Assembly: GCF_006345805.1 (NCBI RefSeq)
Contig: NC_042997.1
Coordinates: forward strand, 141,732,001-141,796,000
Source of the DNA: Octopus sinensis
Lineage: Eukaryota
DNA length: 64,000 nucleotides
Reading direction: 5' to 3'
Shown here piece by piece: positions 54,622 through 64,000 of the stretch; position 1 is the stretch's first letter; the number at the start of each line of letters is the position of its first letter. Position numbers and translations under genes: made by a program. The notes beneath the pieces are model-generated. The model was not told the origin of the DNA, made no database searches, and saw only the letters and a program-made list of their open reading frames with translations.

Positions 54622-55190
54622 AAGGCGGAGAGCTGACAGAAACGTTAGCACGCCGGGCGAAATGCTTTGTGGTATTTCGTCTGCCGTTACGTTCTGAGTT
54701 CAAATTCTGCCGAGGTCGACTTTGTCTTTCATCCTTTCGGGGTCGATTAAATAAGTACCAGTTACACACTGGGTTCGATATAATCGACTTAATCCGTTTG
54801 TCTGTCCTTGTTTGTTCCCTCTGTGTTTAGCCCCTTGTGGGTAGTAAAGAAATAGGTATTTCGTCTGTCTTTACGTTCTGAGTTGAAATTCCGCCAAGGT
54901 CAACTTTGCCTTTCATCCTTTCAGGATCGATAAATTAAGTGCCAGTTACGCACCAGGGTCGATATAATCGACTTAATCCGTTTGTCCCCTCTGTGTGTAG
55001 CCCCTTGTGGGCAATAAAGAAATAGGTATTTCGTCTGTATTTACATTCTGAGTTCAAATTCCGCCGAGGTCGACTTTGCCTTTCATCATTTCGGTTTCGA
55101 TAAATTAATTACTAGTTGCGTACTGGGGTCGATCTAATCGACTGGCCCCTTCCCCAAAATTTTGGGCCTTGTACCTAGAGTAGAAAAGAT
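54622..55190 (+). mobile_element. trimeric SINE family A
   Basis: One headed unit plus two headless units joined at aaagaaata|ggtatttc. Confidence 0.88.
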
Positions 55191-55840
55191 TATTTTACTA
55201 ATAAAACCGTTACTTATTCATGAACGATGTATGTATGTGTATGCACGCGCAGGAGTAGGTAGGTGTATGTGTGTGCGTGTTAACGAACTATTCTTTTACT
55301 AACGATCAGCGTATTTTGCGTACGTTCCACAACTATAAAATGTTTGCAAGACTATCGTTTGGACTTCATGAGTTTTTATTTGACCATAAAACACAATGTC
55401 GTGAAAATTACCATAAAAATTTATTGCATTTCTGACATTTCATAGTAAGTTTCTGTTGCTGACTTGTGATACTTCGTTATGTTCATTAACATATGTCCCC
55501 ACAATTTCGATTTAATCAATCATATGAGTAAAAGTTTATAGCGGTCATTAAGGTTTACTCATGTTAATTGGAAAATGTAAATAGCCAAAATAATCATAAG
55601 CAAACTACGGCTCGTGGGAATTTCTGAATAGCAGGCTAACAGAAAATTACCTTGAATTTTTTTAGAAGTACGACCCTACTGATGATAAGCTATGTCTCAT
55701 GAAGCCTGCTTCTTGGAAAAGTTTGCTCGTATCTGATCTAAAACAATCAATATCACTTTTAATTCATTATGGAAAGGATGGTGAACTCCTTTCTCAAAAA
55801 TACCCGATTGTGTCAACAACGATAATAACGATTAGATGTA

Positions 55841-56053
55841 TATTGGTTTCAAATTTCAGCACAAGGCCAGTAGTATTGGGGGAATGGTTAAGTGGATTAC
55901 ATCAATCCCTGTGCTCAACAGGTACTTATTTTATCGACCCCGAAACGATACAAAGCAAAGTCGACCTCGGCGGAATTTGAACTCAGGACGAAAAAACGGA
56001 CGAAATGTCGCTAAGCATTTTGCCCGGTATGCTAACAATTCTGCCAGCTCGTC
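55841..56053 (-). mobile_element. SINE family A
   Basis: Reverse complement of head and core. Confidence 0.82.
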
Positions 56054-57250
56054 ACTAACTATTAAATATACATTGGCTCCAGAATTGCTGGTAGCGTATT
56101 AAATAATATTTATAATCTTAATGATAACGCAAGATCTCAAAATGAGGGTGAAAGGAGAATAGAGTGTCTCAGCGATGAAAGGTGGAATTCTTTAAATTAT
56201 TTACTGTTCTTGGTTTAACCCCTAAAGACTCCCTAGTTCTCATATGATGCATACAGTTTTGTAGTTTTTGCCACTTCTTGGTTGGGATAACTTTGTGTGA
56301 GTAAAAGTAGAGAAAGCCTATGTGGAGATGGCAATTGTATATGGAAGTAGGTAGGCAGAATGGTATGAGGGTAAGAAAATGTTTCGAGGGGAGTTTCTGA
56401 AAAGCTAATCTAATATTTAGTCTATCTGCAAAAGCCTTTGTAACCAGAAGAGGAGTATTTGTACCCCGAAGGAATCTGCTGACTGGAACACCGTCCAGAT
56501 AGGGAAGACCGGAGGCGAAAAGAAAAGAAGGTAATGAGAATACTCAAGAGAGTTTAAGTGATCTTTCTCTTTTATGTTTTATCTTTTACTGTTGGATTAC
56601 AGCCATGCTGGAGCACTGCCTCGAAGGGTTTTAATCGAATAAATTGAGCCAATATTTATTATTTAAGTCTGCTATCGATCTCTTTTACCAAACCACTAAA
56701 TTACGGGGGTAGAAACAAACCGACACCGGTCGTCAAACGTTGGTGTGGGTAAAAAGGCGAAACAAGGACTCGGGCTTCGACACAGTTTCTGCCTACCAAA
56801 TTCACCCACAAGGCATTTGTTTGCTCAGGGCTATACAAGAAACCTTTGCCCAGGGTGCAGCGGGTTTTTATAATTCATGGGTAACATGCTTACTTTTATA
56901 TTTCTGTTTTTCTTCTCTCTCTCTGTCTCTTTCTTTCTTTCTCTTTCTTTCTCTCAAGCCCCACGACATTCCAACCGTCTATTCGACTTCTCCATAAGCA
57001 AAGTTTCATCTTTAGTGTATCACATTTTCCCATAGGAATTAATATTCAATTAGATTTCTCTTGACACACACGCGATATCCACCATTCCACACACACTTTA
57101 ACACCAGCCGAACTTAGTACCTACTTGCTCATACATACTATAGCTGTCTTCACACAAGTTTCCTCTGCGTTCAGTACTACCTACTCATTTCTTTCTGTTT
57201 CCCTATAATTCCCTCGCTTCCTTTCTTCCCCGTTTCTCTCTCTCTCTCTC

Positions 57251-57312
<62 letters not shown>

Positions 57313-58478
57313 CTACCCATGTGTACAAGCTACTGTCGACCCTACCTGCCTCACTCAACAGTGTATTCCAATATGCATTACCAACAGCCACACACAACCT
57401 ATTGCGTGTTTCCCTATCAGAAAATACGCACACGTATCCCAGTCCATTTCCATTCCACCATTATTAACGATGATCGCTCGATAGCGCTCATAAACAATTT
57501 TTTGTTTTGTATCTCTCAGTTTTGTGTTGTTTATCTTGACAAAGGGCTTTATGCTCGAAACATTGAAGCCCATTCTTTATCACCAAGTTGTAATATACTA
57601 ACTTTGTACATTTGATTCGTTATTTCTTGGCTACAATATTATTTTGAAATTGCTTTCTCTATCGACAGACCAAAACCTCAGCTGCTCTGATTCTGTATTA
57701 TCATTTACGTATCCAGAAAGGGGTTTTCATTGAGCTGGTTACATAGATCTGCTGACTATAAAACTGTTTTACTATTATTATATTTTTATCAATTTATATT
57801 TCAGTAACAACTTCATGTTGTCATCTGGATCTTCAAATGTTCCTCGTAATATAAACGTATGTATCACTGTCATCAAGATACAAATATTTGTGTTGGAACG
57901 AAACTGTAATTACCGATATCACAGACATAATATGCAGAATTTCTAAATAGATAGATTGATAAATGGATGGGTATATATGTGCGTGTTTGAGCGTGTGTGT
58001 ACACATTTGTATGTATGTACGTATGTACGTATGTGCGAAAGCATGAATATAACAAGCATGGCCTACATTTCGAAGTAATCATCGACGCGACACAAGCAAA
58101 CAAAATGGTATATATATAGCTGATGTTACTGTTCTTATTATTATTATCATTATTTTTATTATTATCATCATTATTATTAATATTATTAAAATTTTTATTA
58201 TAGATAGGTAAATATTCATCGGGCATATTTGAACAGTTTCAGATAATCAATCATTCGCTTGGATCACATGACTCACAAACTGAATACTTACTATATACAC
58301 ACACAAATATGTGCGTGAATGTGTGTGTATGTATGAATGTGCGTGTGTAAGTAGGTACATATATGCGTGTTAATATAATATACATATATATATATTATGT
58401 ATGTAGTTGTCGCCACACACAGACACACACACACATACACACGCATATATATATATATATATAATATAATATATATAA

Positions 58479-58516
<38 letters not shown>

Positions 58517-58554
58517 CATATATGTGCATATATATATACATATATGCATATATT

Positions 58555-58935
58555 CTTTTATTCTTTTATTTGTTTCAGTCATTTGACTGTGGCCATGCAC
58601 CGCCTTCAGTCGATCAAATAGACCCTAGGACATATTCTTTGTAAGCCTAGTACTTATTCTATCGGCCTCTTTTGCCTAACCGCTAAGTTACGGGGACAAA
58701 CACAGACGCATAAACAAACACACACACACACACATACACACACATACACACACATACACACACACACATATATATATTTATATATACATATATATATACA
58801 CGACGGGTTTCTTTCAATTTCCGTCTACCAAATCCACTCACAAGGCTTTATTCGGCCCGAAACTATAGTGGAAGACACTTGCTCAAGGTGCCACACAGTG
58901 TGACTGAACCCGGAACTATGTGGTTCGAAAGCAAG
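58555..58935 (-). mobile_element. SINE family B
   Basis: Reverse complement of the 24287 copy. Confidence 0.85.
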
Positions 58936-59031
58936 CTACTTACCACATAGTCACATATATATATGTATATATACATATATATATATACACATATATATAT
59001 AATATATATATATATATATTATATATATATA

Positions 59032-59072
<41 letters not shown>

Positions 59073-59230
59073 GTAGGCCCCGGGTTGAGTCGGGGTTAAC
59101 CACAGTAAATAAGGTACTCCATAATAAATCCTTCTATAAAATATATATATATATATATTATATTATATATATATATATATGTGAAAAAGTTGAAAACGCC
59201 ACTATATTGGATAAATTTTAATTTTCTTAT

Positions 59231-59270
59231 GAATTTTACATGTTTCGGTTCTTGAAAAAACGAACCTTAT

Positions 59271-59277
<7 letters not shown>
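59231..59277 (-). ncRNA. type I hammerhead, U3-A8 variant, GUA site; stem I eroded by (TA)n
   Basis: atat-TTGATAA-ggttc gttttttcaa gaacc-GAAA-catg-TA-aaattc; stem II 5 bp, stem III palindrome ACATGT. Confidence 0.65.
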
Positions 59278-59366
<89 letters not shown>

Positions 59367-59385
59367 ATATATACATACAAGTATA

Positions 59386-59440
<55 letters not shown>

Positions 59441-60308
59441 CATACATATATACATACAAGTATATATATGCATACGTATATACATATATACATATATGTG
59501 TGTGTGTGTGTGTGTTTGTGTGTGTATACATACATGTATATGTATACACACATATGCATATATATATGCATACGTGAACATATGCAAAATGTATGCGAAT
59601 GTGTTTATTTATGAAATGTTATTTTTAAAGAAATTGTAATAACTGATTTACCATTAAGGTAGAGACAAAGAGAGGACAGACAAAGGGTTCGGGAAATCGA
59701 ATGAGATGACAAGATCAAAAATTTATGATGATATATGAAACCGGATGATGATGATGGAGTGAGGGATGGGTGCGAACCCAGATACAGAGAATTTACTTAT
59801 GACGACACTCAACACTAAACGCAGCGTCATAAATATATTATCGTATTCATTTTAACTATGATTTTAATATAGGCGTATACAATTACATTCGTGAAAGCTT
59901 AATCGTGGAAAGTCCTCTGCAGATAAATACAGCTTATAGATAGATAAGTACTGCTTATAAAACATCCCACAAGGCTACGAGGTTCACAGCTCAATAAGAA
60001 CTGCTGTTCTTTTGTTTAAACCGCAAATAAAACATTTGCTGGTATGTGCAAAACTTTGTCACGCTGGAATTAATTGATTTGAGGCGCGGCACACTAAGCA
60101 GTAATGGTTGTAATATAGGTTGACACTCAAACAAAAAGATTTCCGCAACAAAAACTGCCCATGGAAAGAAATTCTCTTTTTTGACAATGTATGAGAAAAA
60201 CAAACCACTGGGGAATAACTTGCGTCATTAAGCCGTACAATATACATAGATGAAATACACAGATATACTTATGTACACATATACATATATATTTTGTGTG
60301 TGCGTATA

Positions 60309-60555
<247 letters not shown>

Positions 60556-60599
60556 ATTTCATCCCATGACTCAGCTATGTAATCCAAAATATCCATTAT

Positions 60600-61600
60600 A
60601 CTGAACTTCTTCCAGAAGTCTCTAACTGTCGATTACTTACATAAGTGGTTTGAAAGTTGTCATGTAATATACCTTGAAGTGGATCGACTGGCTGGAGCAA
60701 AGAAGTTGCATTTTGGAGGATATATTCTCCTTTCACATAGTCAGAAACTTCATTTAAGTTCCATGGACAATTTGGTGCATTGTCTAAAAAAAGCAATGTT
60801 TGGTTGGAAATATTATGCATCTTTCTACAGAAGGGCAAGAAATATTTGTAAACCACTCTTCGAAAAGCCTTTTAATCATTTATGCTTTCTTATTTGAGCC
60901 CTAGATCAGAGGTAAATTATTTTGCATACTCTTTAAATTTTTGGAGTGATATACAAGTAAGAGCTTTCATTTCATGTCACCAGTGAATTTTTTCCTGAAG
61001 AAGAATCAGGTGGTTTTTGGAAGCTTTAAATCTTGGTGCTGGTTTTTCTTCTCCAAAAAAGCACAGTTGTATCAAACATTGTTTACTTGTTCTAGTGTGT
61101 AGCCCTTTTCATCAATCATTTTCTTCAGCTGCTCAAATAATTAGTAACAGCTACTACTATATCGACACTGACGTCTTCACCAGTTATTTTTACGCTGTGA
61201 AAATTCAGGCATTTCTTAAACCTTTCAAACTAGTCCTTACTAACTAGGAAAGGTTTTTCCATTAGAAGTTCCACCTTTCTTTTTCTGCATATCGTCGTAC
61301 AACTTTTTTTAATAACCATTATGCTTATTGGGACATTACGAGTCTGAAATTTGATCCTTACACTCAGGAACCGTTCTATTTTGAGCATCACATAAAATCT
61401 ATGAAAAAATAAGGTCCGAGTAATTAATGATTTAATTTTATCACAATTATCACGTATTCTTACTCCTGCAGACGTTGCAGGCATTAATGCTTTTGGAAAT
61501 ATGGCTGATTTATAATTCATTACTGTTGTTTTGTCTTGTTTTGATTAATTACTGTCTGGGCTATGAATTTCTCCAATATTTTCTCCACTGTACACTGTGT
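60600..61600 (-). pseudogene. Tigger/pogo transposase relic
   Basis: RNVPISIMVIKK, PFLVSKD*FERFKK, HSVKITGE, EKGYTLEQV, LLFLDNAP...NATSLLQPVD match Tigger CENP-B HTH and DDE motifs; many stops. Confidence 0.85.
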
Positions 61601-61734
61601 GTAAATGAATGAATATTGTTCTAATATATCTAGAGTTTTTGAGGTTACCCGTAAGAAGATATAGTCTTCTATCTTCTGTATATTATGATATGACTCTACG
61701 CAAGCATGTAGATGCATATATTCCACTTGATTCC

Positions 61735-62285
61735 ACTTGATTCTTTGAATCCAATTCTTTGTTCTGTGTTCAAATTCTTCTGATATCGACTTAGTCTTTT
61801 ATTCTTTCGAGGTCGATAAAATAAGGGCCCAGTCCCTTATGTATAATTGAATTTCTCCCTCTCCTCGAAATTGCTGGGCTTGTACCAAAATTAGAAAGAA
61901 TTGTGTGGTTCGTGCTTAATTTTGAAAACTGGTAGCACCGTTCGTTATTTTTGCGGACATTATTCAAAGAAATTTCTAGATATATTACAATTAGCCCGAA
62001 ATATGGCGGCGATATATTCGATTGACATCACATCGTACTATTTTGCGCGGGCACGTGTGTGTCTGTGTGTCTGTCTATTTATCGTTTTGTCTGCAGGCGC
62101 ACTTTGATTAACTATATTATTAGACCGTCGGACAAAATGTTATCTTCCGGTTTTTTACATCCTGAGTTCAAATACCACCAACGTCAACTTTACCTTACAT
62201 CCCTTTGGGGATGATAAAATACCAGACAAGTACTGAGATCAATTGATTGGTTAACTCTTTTCTGCAAACTTGCTAGGCTTGCGCC
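61735..62285 (+). mobile_element. two diverged SINE family A copies (about 61735-61900, 62105-62285)
   Basis: ttctttcgaggtcgataaaataag; catcctgagttcaaatacc...acgtcaactttaccttacatccc. Confidence 0.6.
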
Positions 62286-64000
62286 TAAGAAATTATTATT
62301 GTATGTGTATGTTTGTGTAGAAATATGTGCATGAGATTTTGTGTTTGTGTGTGCTTGTAGAGAGAGAGACAGAGACATACAGACAGACAGACAGAGATCA
62401 CTGCAAGTGGGTGTGTTGAAATAAGTGTATCACCTATTTCAGTACGCACACATGCACTTGTAGCAGAAGCATGTTCGCTCTTTACCTTTAGGTATCTGCT
62501 TTATGCCTTTTTACCTTTTTACCTTTAGGTACCCATTTTGACCCCTCACGTAATGGTCCAGTCCATCTAGCTTTACGCGAGCTGTCCACCTCTTAACGTG
62601 ATAGACTTTCTAAGCGTCCCAACATCAGCTATTTCGAGGAAGTTTTTCCCGCTAATTCCTTAGAGAGGTGAGTCGCAACGAGCGAGTTTGGAGCTTTGCA
62701 GCTTCAGTAAGGAGAAAATTGTAGCAGGAATCCTTCACACCATGCTTTACGTTTTTCTTGTTTTTTTTTTCCAATGTTCATCTTCATCTTCAAGAAGCAC
62801 TTTGAAACTATGTATTGCATTTAACAGATTTATTCATGTTACACCAGTTGTTGTATTTCTTTTTAGAGTCGGAATAAATGTTGCAGTCAATTTTTTCTTG
62901 TTTTCATCTTTCTTAATGTTCGTTATCCTGACTCTTATTAACCCAGAAGATATTAAATTACCAGGGCTTCAGCTACATTGCATCATTTACCGCCTCGCTA
63001 AACACTCATTTACGTGTAGGTAGAATTTTCTTTTTCTCAATTTTTAGGGGTATGTACAAAGTATTCTTTAAACGTAATATATTTCGTTTTACGTATATGC
63101 ATAAACTATCGACTGTTAAATAAAAATAAGAAGTTATCACACGCATTCGAGGAGCTTAGAAATAGGATCATGAAGATAATTCTTCTAGTGCTCAGCATAT
63201 GAAGAAAAACAGAACCAATAAAAATCTCATATATTATCTTCGTTTGGGTGATCGATCTGTAATCTATTATAAAATAAAGACAAATCCCTGGCCTGAGTAA
63301 AAAGAAGGAAAAAATGCAAAACGGAAACCTGAAGTATCGTGGAAATCTTACACATTTATCATGCGATAAACCACATACATCAACGTCTTAGCATTATATT
63401 TAAACTTATTTTCTTAATTCTGAAGTGGAACTGCTGTCATATATTTGTGAAGTTTGTATGATAGAGTAAAATATAAATATATGAAGAAAAATTGGTTTTA
63501 CCAAATGACCTTAAAAAATGATAAATATATTGTCTCAATTTATTCTATTTAAGTTAGAAAACGAGAGCAAATTCTGCGTAGGAAAAAAATAGCTATTCTT
63601 AGTTTGCTTACGTCATCTCTATATCTGTTTTTGTTTTGTTTTGTAAAATGTTTTGTTGTGTTTTTCGTTTTGTCGGTTTTTTGGGGTTTTTTTTTAATTA
63701 ACTGCTCACTTCTGTCTATTCTTCGTCTGTGAGAGAATAAAATACGTTAAAACTTTTTTTGTTTTAAAAAAAAATCAGATAAAAGTCAGATAATTATACA
63801 TTGCTATATTAACTAAAATCTCTAATGGCCTACATCATTCTTAATAGCTAACTTTAGTCTGAAGTTGAAATTGCAAATTTTATTTGATTATTTATTTGGT
63901 TGTTCGTTTGTTTATTTTGCTCTTGTTTAATTTATTTATTTTTATTTGTTTTGCATTGTTAGATGTGGAGACTGTTGTTATTTTTCATTACATTTCTCAA

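Noticed and set aside
57531-57570. Further U3-A8 hammerhead (ttgacaa-a-gggc tttat gctc-gaaacatt)
   Set aside because: Stems I and III are broken, and the core could be CpG decay of CTGACGA, so it is not counted as covariation evidence.

Overview
AT-rich, repeat-saturated eukaryotic DNA, probably intronic or intergenic. The SINE families and (TA)n/(CA)n/(TAGA)n density suggest an Octopus/coleoid cephalopod genome (inference). I found no convincing host-gene exon; almost every ORF in the track is a microsatellite artefact or a transposon fragment. Recognisable elements: a near-intact DD34D mariner (2477-3753); a decayed DD34E Tc1 (33345-34756); a Tigger/pogo relic; four Penelope-like elements (PLEs); a near-full-length R4/Dong-type LINE inserted in an (AAT)n tract that lies inside one PLE; RTE and CR1/L2-type LINE scraps; a Helentron-like non-autonomous element; and about 20 tRNA-derived SINEs. 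The main unexplained layer is a dense set of about 10 type I hammerhead ribozyme (HHR) motifs with palindromic, apparently dimer-dependent stem III. Two lie in a tRNA-headed (Pol III) SINE family, and one of those copies is fused head-to-head to a 5'-truncated PLE. Several lie in small head-to-head inverted-repeat elements. At least three unrelated sequence families replace the canonical C3-G8 core pair with U3-A8. Everything was read by eye, so coordinates may be off by a few bp and no folding, alignment or database search was run.
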